The notes beneath the pieces were generated by a model that worked only from the letters and a program-made list of their open reading frames with translations, was not told the DNA's origin and searched no databases. Made by a program: the position numbers and the translations under genes. Below are positions 19,453 through 30,396 of a DNA stretch of 32,000 nt, in pieces. Origin of the DNA: Candidatus Saccharimonadota bacterium (lineage in GTDB: Bacteria > Pseudomonadota > Gammaproteobacteria > Enterobacterales > Enterobacteriaceae); assembly GCF_000973505.1 (NCBI RefSeq), contig NZ_CP010048.1:717322-749321 (forward strand), written 5' to 3'. Numbering within the stretch: position 1 is the first letter of the stretch; every line of letters starts with the position of its first letter.

Positions 19453-20955
19453 TTAATTAGTCTTAGAAGAAACATCATGCGTTTCATCTATTGAACAACA
19501 TGATAAATTACTAGAAGATTCCTTTCTATTATTAAGCACAATAGGACGCTTAATCTTAACACCAAATAAACGAAATCTTTCAGCCTGACTAATTAAATTT
19601 CCAGAACCTTCAAATAATTTATTTTTTGCTAATTGATAACTATCTTGAACCTTATCAAGATATTGTCCAAGTTTATTAATGTCATCAATAAACAACCGAA
19701 ATTTATCATATAAACGAGATGCTCTTTCAGCGATTTCTTTAGTATGACGATTTTGATATTCATGACGCCATAAATGGTTAATAATACGTAAAGCCACAAG
19801 CAATGTAGTTGGACTCACTAAAATAATATTATATTCCATTGCTTCAGTTAATAATGCCGATTCTTGACTTAATGCAATCATAAAAGCAGATTCAATAGGT
19901 ATAAACATCAAAACATAATCCAAGGTTTGGACAGTAGAATATAAAGACTGATAATCTTTTTTCGATAATAATTTCATATGAGAACGTAATGAACTAATAT
20001 AATTAGTCAACGCTATCTTTCGCTCATCAGCACTTTTTGCATTGAAATATTGTTCATAACTCAATAACGAAGTTTTGGCATCAATTATCACATCCTTGTT
20101 ATCAGGAAGATGCACAATAACGTCGGGTTGCAAACGACGTCCATTATCTGTTGAAAAATTAGCCTGAGTATGAAATTCATATCCTTCTCGCATACCAGAC
20201 GACTCTAAAACTCTACTTAAAACTACCTCACCCCAATTTCCTTGTAATTTATTATTACCTTTTAAAGCACGAGTCAAATTAATAGTTTCTTCAGCCATTC
20301 TTTGGCTAAGACCTTTTAAATTATTAATTTCATGCAACAAGGTATGTCTCTCACATTCTTCTTGAGAAAATTTATTTTTTATCTCCTGACTAAATCCATC
20401 TAATTGTAATTTTAAAGGCAATAATAACTTATCAAGACTTGATTTGTTCTGTATATTTATTTTTTTATTATTGTATTCAAAAACACAATTAACTAAATTT
20501 TCAAATTTAAGAGAAAACTGTTGTTCAAAATTAAAAAAAAACTTCTCCTTTTCTAATATTTCAAGATTTTTTTCCTCTAAACGCAACATCATCTGCTTAA
20601 TTTCAAACTCACGAACAACATTCACCTCTCGCTGGACACGGAGCTCATCAATAGCTACATCATGTTTTTGACGATAACACAACAAAACAGATATCTGTTC
20701 TTCATATACAGCTATCTTAGCATATAATTTTTTTAAAATTTCTTCATCACTTCGTAATCGTTGCTCAACATCCTTGCGTACACTCAATTCTCTATCTAAA
20801 TCTTTCACAAGCGACTGAAATGTATGTTCATAACCAACACGCTGCTTTAACCATTCAAGCTTTTGCTCTTTAAATCTAACAAAAAACCACAAAAAACTGC
20901 ACAATATACCACACACTACACCACCGAAACCACCCAAAAACAACCAAAAAATCAT
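19453..20955 (-). CDS. rmuC: DNA recombination protein RmuC
   Basis: 500-aa ORF with an N-terminal transmembrane segment, a coiled-coil region and the C-terminal block NLTRALKG.NK.QGNWGEVVL.RVLE.SG..EGYE...Q....RLQPDVIV.LP..KDV.IDAK...Y, as in E. coli RmuC (475 aa). The position between ubiE and udp is syntenic. Confidence 0.9.
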   Translation of the reverse strand: MIFWLFLGGFGGVVCGILCSFLWFFVRFKEQKLEWLKQRVGYEHTFQSLVKDLDRELSVRKDVEQRLRSDEEILKKLYAKIAVYEEQISVLLCYRQKHDVAIDELRVQREVNVVREFEIKQMMLRLEEKNLEILEKEKFFFNFEQQFSLKFENLVNCVFEYNNKKINIQNKSSLDKLLLPLKLQLDGFSQEIKNKFSQEECERHTLLHEINNLKGLSQRMAEETINLTRALKGNNKLQGNWGEVVLSRVLESSGMREGYEFHTQANFSTDNGRRLQPDVIVHLPDNKDVIIDAKTSLLSYEQYFNAKSADERKIALTNYISSLRSHMKLLSKKDYQSLYSTVQTLDYVLMFIPIESAFMIALSQESALLTEAMEYNIILVSPTTLLVALRIINHLWRHEYQNRHTKEIAERASRLYDKFRLFIDDINKLGQYLDKVQDSYQLAKNKLFEGSGNLISQAERFRLFGVKIKRPIVLNNRKESSSNLSCCSIDETHDVSSKTN

Positions 20956-21011
20956 AAATATAATACCTTATTAATGAAATAATAAAATATTCTAATAAAT
21001 ATGAACTTACA

Positions 21012-21809
21012 CTATGATGTAATAAGTAAATGACTATAACTATTGTAAAAATAACGAACTGCTTCTAATACAGTTAGAATTGCACAGCTTTCCACTCCGC
21101 TAATCACCGATATATTCGGGGTTTCTTTTTGAAAACGATTTACAATGACTCCCAACACAACACCAGCATGTAAACCCTGTGTTTTACACATAGTTAATAA
21201 GGTTGAAGATTCCATTTCATAACTCATAACAGCAATATTTTTCCATTCTTCCATGGATCCCCGTAAATATCTAATGACACGTTGAGAATAAGTATCAATT
21301 CTTTCCTGTCCGGGATAAAATGTATCTGAAGACATAGTGACACCAATATGGTATTTCATACCAAGCTGTTCAACAGCTTTTACTAAGGCTGTATTACAAT
21401 AAAAATCAGAAACTGCTGGAAATTCTATTGGCGCAAAATGACAACTAGCCCCATCATAACGAACAGCCCCTTCAATAATCAATAAATCACCTATATTAAT
21501 ATGCTCTTGAATAGCCCCAGTAGTTCCCACCCGAAAAAAAACACGGACACCTAACTGTGACAACTCTTCCACCACAATAGATGTGGAGGGGCCACCAATA
21601 CCAGTAGAACAAATAACTACAGCATGCTCATCAACTTCAGCATACCACACAACGAATTCACGGTGAGTCACTAAATGGACTGGGTTTTTCATCAACAAAG
21701 AAATCTTTTCAACTCTTGCCGGATCACCAGGAAGAATTGCAACCTTAGCTCCCCGCAAATCAGAAGAATTTAAACGTAAATGAAAAACATGACCAGTAGT
21801 TAATAACAT
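21012..21809 (-). CDS. udp: Uridine phosphorylase
   Basis: 265-aa ORF. VFHL.L...DL.GA..AI.PGDP.RVEKI, CSTGIGGPSTSI.VEEL.QLG, GTTGAIQ, SSDTFYPGQER and YEMES.TLLTMC match E. coli Udp (253 aa). Confidence 0.94.
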   Translation of the reverse strand: MLLTTGHVFHLRLNSSDLRGAKVAILPGDPARVEKISLLMKNPVHLVTHREFVVWYAEVDEHAVVICSTGIGGPSTSIVVEELSQLGVRVFFRVGTTGAIQEHINIGDLLIIEGAVRYDGASCHFAPIEFPAVSDFYCNTALVKAVEQLGMKYHIGVTMSSDTFYPGQERIDTYSQRVIRYLRGSMEEWKNIAVMSYEMESSTLLTMCKTQGLHAGVVLGVIVNRFQKETPNISVISGVESCAILTVLEAVRYFYNSYSHLLITS

Positions 21810-22093
21810 AAAATAATAAAAATCAAATAATAATACTAAACTTTAATTTATCATAACACTGATAATAAATCAACATATAAACCACTCAAAACAACCAAAA
21901 CAACACTCTAAAATTTAAACAACAAGACAATTACACCACTTTGTATTACAAAAACCGCAAACACTCTTTTATACCAACCGATCAACTATAGTACCTCTTT
22001 ACCCTAAATAATAAAATATACAAACCGTATTATATAATATATCTCATAAAAATTCCAATAATAAAACAAAATTATTAATAACTATTTTATCTA

Positions 22094-24418
22094 TTACTGA
22101 TTTTTAACACGAAACTCCCTTACTGCACCTACAATATTAAATAACGACTGCTTGATCTCTATCCAAGATCGAGTTTTCAAACCACAATCAGGATTCACCC
22201 ATAAACGAGTTATTTCAATATACTCAATAAGTTCTTCTAAACGATTCAAAATAACTTCTTTAGAAGGAACATTAGGCGAGTGAATATCATAAACACCAGG
22301 ACCAATTGCATTATACCGATATTTCTTTAATATTTCCAATGATTTTACACTCATCCGAGATGATTCAATGCTCAAAACATCTACATCCATAGCTACAATA
22401 GAATCTATTATGTCATCAAATTCAGCATAACACATATGAGTGTGCACCTGAACATCATCACTCACAACAGACGTAATAAACTTAAAAGACCGTACTGCCC
22501 ATGCTAAATAATTTTTCCAACATGATTTTTTCAAAGGTAATCCTTCTCGCAAAGCAGGTTCATCAATTTGAATAATACCAATACCACATTTCTCTAAATC
22601 ACACACCTCATCACGTATCGCTGAAGCAATCTGCGAGACCAAAACCTCTTGAGTCACATCTTCACGAGGGAACGACCAACATAAAATTGTCACAGGACCA
22701 GTTAATATCCCTTTTACTGGCTTATTAGTTAAAGATTGAGCATAAGTAATCCATTTTACAGTGATCGGTCCAGAACGTGTAACATCATCAAATATTATTG
22801 GCGGTTTTACACAACGCGATCCATAGCTCTGTATCCACCCGTTATGCGTCAACAAAAATCCATTTAAATGCTCTCCAAAATACTCTACCATATCATTACG
22901 CTCTGGCTCACCATGAACAAAAACATCTAAACCCAACTCCTCTTGTGCTAAAATAATATCTTTAATATACTGTTTCATAATAATATCATAAGACTCTTGA
23001 TCTAAATTACCAATCCTAAAATTTAAACGAGCTGAACGAATTTTGGCAGTTTGGGGAAATGAACCAATAGTCGTAACAGGACATAATGGTAAATTAAACC
23101 TAGAACGTTGACACTGCATACGATATGTATAATTCGAACGAGAAAGATAATCAGAATTTATTTGCTCATCAACATGTTTTTTATGTTCTTTTTTTACAGC
23201 AGTTGCTAAATTAATGTTTAACCTATTTTCTGATACAATATTGTCAGTGCATAAATCATTGCTCACAACAGCATTGTTCAAAATATTACATAAACCTCTT
23301 AATTCATTACATTTTTGAATAGCGAAAGCAAATTTCTTCTTTAATGAACTATCTAATAAAATTTCCGCATCAAGATCTACTGGAACATGCAATAAAGAAC
23401 AAGAAGAACCGACCCAAATAACACGTTTTCCTAAAAATGGGAATAACCTATTACACCAAAAACTTAAATTAGCACGCCAAATATTACGACCATTAATGAC
23501 ACCCACCGATAATACCCAATCTTCCGGTAACCCTGCATGAAGAACATTCAAATCATCATTTCCAGACACTAAATCAACATGTAAACCATCTACTAAAAGA
23601 TTTGAAATAAAATTCATATGATGATGAATACTACCAAAATAAGTTGTTAGTAACAACTTTGTAAAACCGTGCATAGCCCTGTAAGCATCAAAAAATGCTT
23701 CACACCATCTTTCACTCAACTCCAATACAAGTATTGGTTCATCAATTTGCACCCAAATTACACCCTTTTCAGATAACATTTTTAATATCTGCCGATAGAT
23801 TAATAACAACTCTGGCAATAAAGACAATCTACTATGTGATGTATTATGTGATGTATTATTACGCATTTTTCCTAGCCAAAGGTAACTCATAGGTCCTAAC
23901 AAAATTACTTTAACTTTATGACCTAAAGACAATGCCTCATCTACTTCATCAAACAACTGCATCCAAGCTAATCGAAAAGTTTGTCCATAAATAAATTCGG
24001 GCACAATATAATGATAATTAGTGTTAAACCACTTTTTCATCTCAGATGCTATGATGCTTTTCTCACTAATATTCACTGTTGCACCGCGTGCAACATGAAA
24101 TAATGTATCAACATCAACACAATTACTGCTATTTCTCTTTCTTTCATGACCGCTATGATTAACACGAAACCTATCAGGAATATTATCTAACATCAAACTA
24201 GTATTTAAAACATGATCATACCATGCAAAATCCCCTACTGAAACAAAATCAATACCAGAATCCCGCTGTTGACGCCAATGACGAATCCTAAGTTCGCGAC
24301 CAACAGAAAACAATTCACTTTTATTAATTTTTCTACTCCAATACTTCTCTAACGCTTGCTTTAACTCACGCCTTAAACCAATCCGAGGAAAACCTAATAT
24401 ATGACTCAAAACAAGCAT
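22094..24418 (-). CDS. metE: Cobalamin-independent methionine synthase
   Basis: Colinear with E. coli MetE (753 aa): LGFPR.GLRRELK, KWFNTNYHY.VPEF, TTIGSFPQT, HGE.ERNDMVEYFGE, CVKPPI, GPVTILCWSF.RED, IQIDEPALREGLPL, HTHMCY and WVNPDCGLKTR. I place the start at ATG 24418, preceded by a GGAG Shine-Dalgarno with a 6-nt spacer. The track start at 24430 is a TTG that lies inside that Shine-Dalgarno region. Confidence 0.95.
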   Translation of the reverse strand: MLVLSHILGFPRIGLRRELKQALEKYWSRKINKSELFSVGRELRIRHWRQQRDSGIDFVSVGDFAWYDHVLNTSLMLDNIPDRFRVNHSGHERKRNSSNCVDVDTLFHVARGATVNISEKSIIASEMKKWFNTNYHYIVPEFIYGQTFRLAWMQLFDEVDEALSLGHKVKVILLGPMSYLWLGKMRNNTSHNTSHSRLSLLPELLLIYRQILKMLSEKGVIWVQIDEPILVLELSERWCEAFFDAYRAMHGFTKLLLTTYFGSIHHHMNFISNLLVDGLHVDLVSGNDDLNVLHAGLPEDWVLSVGVINGRNIWRANLSFWCNRLFPFLGKRVIWVGSSCSLLHVPVDLDAEILLDSSLKKKFAFAIQKCNELRGLCNILNNAVVSNDLCTDNIVSENRLNINLATAVKKEHKKHVDEQINSDYLSRSNYTYRMQCQRSRFNLPLCPVTTIGSFPQTAKIRSARLNFRIGNLDQESYDIIMKQYIKDIILAQEELGLDVFVHGEPERNDMVEYFGEHLNGFLLTHNGWIQSYGSRCVKPPIIFDDVTRSGPITVKWITYAQSLTNKPVKGILTGPVTILCWSFPREDVTQEVLVSQIASAIRDEVCDLEKCGIGIIQIDEPALREGLPLKKSCWKNYLAWAVRSFKFITSVVSDDVQVHTHMCYAEFDDIIDSIVAMDVDVLSIESSRMSVKSLEILKKYRYNAIGPGVYDIHSPNVPSKEVILNRLEELIEYIEITRLWVNPDCGLKTRSWIEIKQSLFNIVGAVREFRVKNQ
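23834..23857. repeat. Perfect 12-bp tandem duplication inside metE
   Basis: atgtgatgtatt occurs twice on the plus strand. It is in frame and encodes NTSH-NTSH in MetE (..KMRNNTSHNTSHSRLS..), in a segment that is longer than the E. coli counterpart (..KVKGEQFDRLS..). Confidence 0.9.
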
Positions 24419-24845
24419 GATCTTCTCCAAAATAATGTATTTTATATACTACTTAAATCTTTAATCAATTATAACGAAATCAAAATAACATACTATTTAC
24501 TACTACTTACTAATGTTAACAAAACAAACAAAACCACCAATATCAAGAACAATCAATAACTACCTAAATTATTAAATCATCACCTATATTTTTTCAAAAA
24601 AATCATATTCACAAATAAACACAAAATATAAAATAATACATCTGTCATCTATATATTATCTATTTTTTTAACAATAATTTTTTTTAACAACACAATATTA
24701 AATTGTATATTACCAATCAACACCTATCTATTAATATTACAAAAAAATACAAAAAAGATATCAAACAACCTAACACTAAACAATAAAAACAATTAACTCA
24801 TTATAACTATAATTATATAACACAAAAAACACTACTAAACACACA

Positions 24846-25706
24846 TTAACATATACATTTTTTTGACTCAATCACTGATCGCATCTTTCTCATAGCATTC
24901 CTTTCTAATTGACGAACACGTTCAGCAGAAATACCATATTGATTAGCTAATTCTTGCAAAGTACTTTTAGTATCTAAATCTAACCAACGAGAACGAATAA
25001 TATGACGACTACGTTCATCCAAAAACTCTAAAGCTCGACCTATTTTCTCAGTAATATTCACATCCCATCTTTCTTCATACTCAAACGCTATATCGTATTT
25101 ATCCTGCAAAAAATATAAAATAGAGACACCATCACGATATTCGTCATCCAAAGGTGACTCAAATACCATATCACGCGCAGACATTCGTGATTCCATTTCA
25201 CGCACATCTTTACTACTAACGCTTAATTCTTTAGCAACTAAATCAACCTCACCAGGATTAAACCAACCCAAACGTTTTTTCGTCTTTCTTAAATTAAAAA
25301 AAAGCTTTCTTTGTGCCTTTGTAGTAGCCACTTTCACAATTCGCCAATTTCGCAATACATATTCATGAATTTCAGCTTTAATCCAATGTACAGCAAAAGA
25401 AACTAAACGAACATTTAATTCAGGATTAAATCTCCGAACAGCCTTCATCAAACCAATATTTCCTTCCTGAACTAAATCCGCTTGTGACAAACCATAACCT
25501 GAATAAGTACGAGCAATATGAATAACAAAACGTAAGTGAGATAAAATCAACCGTTTAGCTGCCTCTAGATCACCATGATAATACAGTTGTTCAGCTAACT
25601 CTCGCTCCTCCTCCGCTGTCAACATAGAATACATATTAGCATTTCTAATATAACCATCTAAAGTTCCTTGAGGCAATAAAGTTAAACTATTCATATTTCG
25701 AATCAT
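24846..25706 (-). CDS. rpoH: RNA polymerase sigma-32 (heat-shock sigma factor)
   Basis: [80 protein letters not shown] (including the RpoH box) is nearly identical to E. coli RpoH. The start is ambiguous among in-frame ATGs at 25736, 25706 and 25694. I chose 25706 because it reproduces the E. coli N-terminal length (MIRNMNSL against MTDKMQSL). Confidence 0.93.
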   Translation of the reverse strand: MIRNMNSLTLLPQGTLDGYIRNANMYSMLTAEEERELAEQLYYHGDLEAAKRLILSHLRFVIHIARTYSGYGLSQADLVQEGNIGLMKAVRRFNPELNVRLVSFAVHWIKAEIHEYVLRNWRIVKVATTKAQRKLFFNLRKTKKRLGWFNPGEVDLVAKELSVSSKDVREMESRMSARDMVFESPLDDEYRDGVSILYFLQDKYDIAFEYEERWDVNITEKIGRALEFLDERSRHIIRSRWLDLDTKSTLQELANQYGISAERVRQLERNAMRKMRSVIESKKCIC

Positions 25707-26285
25707 CCTGAGAAATTCCTTAATACATTTAATCATACCATCATATCTGCAACACTAACTAAATCACTAATACAGCAACAAAATTACTAACTGAACAAAA
25801 TACAGCACATATATTGATAACACATGCATTAATTATAACAAGTATTTCACACATTAACAACACAACAACTGTATAACAACACTATACAAATAAAACACAA
25901 TTATACCAACGATAATTATCAATCTTTAATTTAATTTAATACAACCATTATAAACAATAATAAAACTACAACTCAGACATAACACATTAAAATATAATTT
26001 AAACGCTTACTATTTACAAATAATACCCGATAAAAATTTTTTACATACAACAATAAAAACATCTATATTAAAAAAGGCTGTATTAAAAAAACCAATATCT
26101 AAAAAAAAATTAAAACCAATGCAGATAAAATATCACCCCATTGCAATAACAAATACTAATATTTATAAAACAGATAATGATTAATGTTTATAATAAATAA
26201 ACACTACATAACACAACCGAAACACGATCGAATAATATTACTTCAATAATTACATTATCCATATTATCCAGTATATATTAAAAAA

Positions 26286-27248
26286 CTAATTAAAAATAGA
26301 TTCAACAAAATCATTAACACTAAAACAATGTAAATCAGAAATCAATTTTCCACAAGATACATATCTAATAGGAATATTAAATCGATCAACAATAGAAAAT
26401 AAAACACCACCTTTAGAAGTACCATCTAACTTACTCATAACAATACCTGTAATTCCAATACACTCATTAAATAACAATACTTGATTAACAGAATTTTGAC
26501 CAATTGTAGAATCCAAAACAATCATAATCTCATCAGGAGAATTAATATCAAACTTTTTAATAACTCGAACAATTTTTTTTAATTCAGCCATTAAATGGCT
26601 TTTATTTTGCAATCTACCAGCAGTATCTATAATTAAAACATCTATGTACTTTGATTTAGCAAATTGAAAAGCATCATAAACAACTGAAGCAGGATCACTA
26701 CCACAATTATGCGATATCACACAAACACCACTTTCAGCACCTAATATTTTAAGCTGCTCAACTGCTGCAGCTCGAAAAGTATCAGCTGCACCAAGAACTA
26801 CACTTCTCCCCTCACAACGATAATGATATGCTAACTTCCCAATTACACTTGTCTTACCAACACCATTAACACCAACCACTAAAATGACAAATGGTCTTTT
26901 TTTTTCAAGTATCATTAATGAATGATCAATAACAGATAATATCTTTGACATTTCTTCACGTAAAATAAAATAAACATCTCGATCAACAAGTAAATTCGAT
27001 GCAGAAGAACAACGATACGATAAAGAAGTAATAATCTTCTTAGCCGTATGCACACCAACATCAGCAATTAATAACTGATCTTCTAATTGACTTAGTAGAG
27101 TATCATCAATTTTTTTAGCACCATGAAACAATGTAAATAAACTATCTCCTAATTTCTTTCGAGTATTCACTAAACTATTCTTTAACTTAGTAAATAATAT
27201 TTTATTGTTGTACACTACAATGACTCCACAATTTTCAAAATTAACCAC
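26286..27248 (-). CDS. ftsY: Signal recognition particle receptor FtsY (NG domain only)
   Basis: 320-aa ORF with a GTG start. LF.KLK.SL..T...LG, QLLIADVG, G1 (GVNGVGKT), DTFRAAAVEQL, G3 (DTAGRLQNK) and G4 (SKLDGTSKGG) align with about residues 195-497 of E. coli FtsY. The long acidic N-terminal A domain is absent. Confidence 0.92.
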   Translation of the reverse strand: MVNFENCGVIVVYNNKILFTKLKNSLVNTRKKLGDSLFTLFHGAKKIDDTLLSQLEDQLLIADVGVHTAKKIITSLSYRCSSASNLLVDRDVYFILREEMSKILSVIDHSLMILEKKRPFVILVVGVNGVGKTSVIGKLAYHYRCEGRSVVLGAADTFRAAAVEQLKILGAESGVCVISHNCGSDPASVVYDAFQFAKSKYIDVLIIDTAGRLQNKSHLMAELKKIVRVIKKFDINSPDEIMIVLDSTIGQNSVNQVLLFNECIGITGIVMSKLDGTSKGGVLFSIVDRFNIPIRYVSCGKLISDLHCFSVNDFVESIFN

Positions 27249-27414
27249 GAAATGAATAATTGTAACAAATTATTAGAAAACTATAAAAAATAAATATCAG
27301 AAAAATATATCTTTAAATCATCAAATTTAAAAAAATATACACTTCATTATGAAATTTCATTATTATACTCCAAATTAATCTCCTAGCCTTACTAAAATAT
27401 TTAACTTACTTACA

Positions 27415-28035
27415 ATGAAATTCGCTGCCACCATAAACAAAAATCATCATACAAAACAAAATAAAAAAGGAAAAATACGCATCATTGGAGGAAGATGGAA
27501 AGGAAAAAAAATCAACATAACGCAACACCACTCATTAAGACCCACTACGAATCAAATACGAGAAACGCTATTCAACTGGCTAATACCAGTAATAAATGAA
27601 TCTAAATGTTTAGATTGTTTTGCCGGCAGTGGAGCACTAGGATTAGAAGCACTATCTAGAAATGCTAATACAGTAACATTTTTAGAAAAAAACAAAAAAA
27701 TTAGTAACAAATTGTACCAAACAATACAACTCTTAAATGCACAAAAACAAGCTACAATTATACATACAAACAGCAACACGTGGTTAGCTAACCCCACAAA
27801 TAAAAAAAATCAATACAATATTATTTTTTTAGATCCACCATTCGAAAAATGGTGCTATATACTGAGCACTATACAACTATTGGAAAAATTTCAATATCTC
27901 ACCAAAAACGCTTGGATTTACATAGAAAACTCAAAAATCAATAACAATAATATTATAAAAATTATTCCCAAACATTGGCAATTACATAAAAAAAAACTAC
28001 TGGAAAAATCTCATACCAAATTTATATTAGATTAA
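27415..28035 (+). CDS. rsmD: 16S rRNA (guanine966-N2)-methyltransferase
   Basis: 206-aa ORF. IRIIGG.W.G.K, LRPTT..IRETLFNWL, LDCFAGSGALGLEALSR and FLDPPF match E. coli RsmD/YhhF (198 aa). It is divergent from ftsY as in E. coli. Confidence 0.92.
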   Translation: MKFAATINKNHHTKQNKKGKIRIIGGRWKGKKINITQHHSLRPTTNQIRETLFNWLIPVINESKCLDCFAGSGALGLEALSRNANTVTFLEKNKKISNKLYQTIQLLNAQKQATIIHTNSNTWLANPTNKKNQYNIIFLDPPFEKWCYILSTIQLLEKFQYLTKNAWIYIENSKINNNNIIKIIPKHWQLHKKKLLEKSHTKFILD

Positions 28036-28321
28036 GTATACCCAAATAATATTAGAATATAAAAAACTAATTATTCCTAATCCAATTAGTTATTTCAAAA
28101 TAAATAACTCAATTAAATTCAAATATCAAAAAACTATTACTCAAAAATAACTGATAAAATTTAAAAATAAAAAAAACAACCATACACTAACCTAATAAAT
28201 TTGAATATAATACCAATGTATATAACGTGTATAACCTGTCAATCTCCCACATCCAGGATACACGTCCAGATAATAACCACAAGCAATAAAAAAATATGTA
28301 AACATCATAAAATATAAAACA

Positions 28322-29992
28322 TTAATCACGCCAATCCTTATAACAATTTATCAAACCATTAGTAGAACTATCATGCATATATACCATATGATTACTCTTT
28401 AATTCTTGTAGAATAATATCGGAACATCGCTTCCCTAACTCCACCCCCCACTGATCGAATGTGTAAATATTAAATATCACACCCTGAGTAAAAATTTTGT
28501 GTTCATACAAAGCAATCAATGCACCCAAAGTATAAGGAGTAAATTTACGCACTAAAATAGAATTACTAGGACGATTGCCCATACATATTTTATGTGGGGT
28601 AGCATATTTCGCATTAAATCCTTTAACAACACCATCCGAAAAATCTAAAAACTTAAATGATTGATGTACTTTAACATTATCACACAATTCACCAAAAGCT
28701 AATGCTTTAGTTTGCGCAAAAAAATTTGATAACAACTTAACATGATGATCATAAATAGGGTTATGACTAACAACTGGCGCAATAAAATCACAAGGAACCA
28801 TCTTAGTACCTTGATGAATCAACTGATAAAAAGCATGTTGACCATTTGTACCCACCTCACCCCATACAATAGGTCCTGTTTCATAAGTAACTAAATTACC
28901 ACAACGATCAATAGATTTTCCATTAGATTCCATGTTACCCTGTTGAAAATATGCAGCGAAACGATGCATATATTGATCATATGGTAAAATAGCTTCAGTC
29001 TCTACACAAAAAAAATTATTATACCAAATTCCAATCAAAGCAAGAATAACAGGAAAATTTTTTTCAAAAGGCATATGATAAAAATGTTGATCCATATCAT
29101 GAGCTCCAAGCAGCAGTTGCTCAAAACACTCAAACCCCACAGACAGCACAATCGATAAACCAACAGCAGACCACAAAGAATATCGACCACCTACCCAATC
29201 CCAAACTTCAAAAATATTATCAATACTAATACCAAATTTTCCAACTTCTGTGAAATTTGAAGACAATGCAATAAAATGTTTTGATATATATTGTTCATTT
29301 TTTGCAAATTCCATAAACCACAAACGAGCAGTAAATGCATTAGTCATAGTCTCTTGAGTAAGAAAAGTTTTAGAGACTATTAAAAATAATGTAGTCTCTA
29401 CATTCACAGACTTTAATGTTTCCATAATATGAGTGCCATCAATATTAGAAACAAAATGCATCCTCAAATGATTCTTATAAGCCTTTAAAGCTTCAGTAAC
29501 CATATAAGGCCCTAAATTAGAACCCCCAATACCAATATTCACTACATCAGTAATAGATTTTCCAGTAAATCCTTTCCATGCACCAGAAATAATGCTTTCA
29601 GAAAACGTTTTCATTTTAAATAACATCAAATGAATATCAGGCATCACATCATGGCCATCAACAAAAATTGGTATATTACATTTATTACGCAAAGCAATAT
29701 GCAACACTGCTCGATTTTCGGTACGATTAATCTTCACCCCATGAAACATAGCAACAATAGCACTCCTTAAATCACATTCTTCAGCTAAAGCAAAAAGTTT
29801 CATAAGCGTCTCTTGAGTAAGACGATTTTTAGAATAATCAATTAAAATTTCATCATTAAAAACACCGGAAAAGTTAGAAAAACGATCCTTGTCCTGATTA
29901 AACAAATCAATCATACGAATATCTTTTATATTATCAAAATGACTCTGTAATTCCTTCCACGCTGTAGTAGTAGTAGGATTAATATCCTTCAT
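28322..29992 (-). CDS. pgi: Glucose-6-phosphate isomerase
   Basis: Colinear with E. coli Pgi (549 aa): [81 protein letters not shown] and [11 protein letters not shown] place the start at ATG 29992 ([16 protein letters not shown] against E. coli MKNINPTQTAAWQALQ). The track start at 30022 is a TTG that adds 10 residues. Confidence 0.95.
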   Translation of the reverse strand: MKDINPTTTTAWKELQSHFDNIKDIRMIDLFNQDKDRFSNFSGVFNDEILIDYSKNRLTQETLMKLFALAEECDLRSAIVAMFHGVKINRTENRAVLHIALRNKCNIPIFVDGHDVMPDIHLMLFKMKTFSESIISGAWKGFTGKSITDVVNIGIGGSNLGPYMVTEALKAYKNHLRMHFVSNIDGTHIMETLKSVNVETTLFLIVSKTFLTQETMTNAFTARLWFMEFAKNEQYISKHFIALSSNFTEVGKFGISIDNIFEVWDWVGGRYSLWSAVGLSIVLSVGFECFEQLLLGAHDMDQHFYHMPFEKNFPVILALIGIWYNNFFCVETEAILPYDQYMHRFAAYFQQGNMESNGKSIDRCGNLVTYETGPIVWGEVGTNGQHAFYQLIHQGTKMVPCDFIAPVVSHNPIYDHHVKLLSNFFAQTKALAFGELCDNVKVHQSFKFLDFSDGVVKGFNAKYATPHKICMGNRPSNSILVRKFTPYTLGALIALYEHKIFTQGVIFNIYTFDQWGVELGKRCSDIILQELKSNHMVYMHDSSTNGLINCYKDWRD

Positions 29993-30396
29993 AACACACA
30001 AACCCCAAATCAAACAATTCAATACACTAAAAATTTTATTAATTAAAAATTATAATATATTTCTAAAAATATAACTATTCTTCAACATTTGATACGAATT
30101 AATTACACAAAAAAATAAAAAACAAATAATACAAAATTATAAACACACTCAAAACAGTACTTTAATTTAAAATTATGTAATTAATTTACTTACTACCTGC
30201 TATACTATGACACACTAAATTATAAAATTACAAATTACATAAATATCGTATATAATATAACTCATAATTTAATTATTAGTAATGATAATTAAATATCACA
30301 AACAAATTACCTTATTAACTTAAAGAAAACACGGATAATTCTTAATAATAATTTATTTAATTCAGCATCCACAAAACAACTATAATAAAAAAATAT

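Noticed and set aside
15408-23892. Plus-strand ORFs 15408-15644, 16485-16667, 20444-20671 and 23695-23892
   Set aside because: These are antisense shadows inside ubiD, ubiB, rmuC and metE respectively, with low-complexity translations and no start-site support.
27552-27797. Minus-strand 81-aa ORF inside rsmD
   Set aside because: It is antisense to a well-supported gene and I recognise no family.
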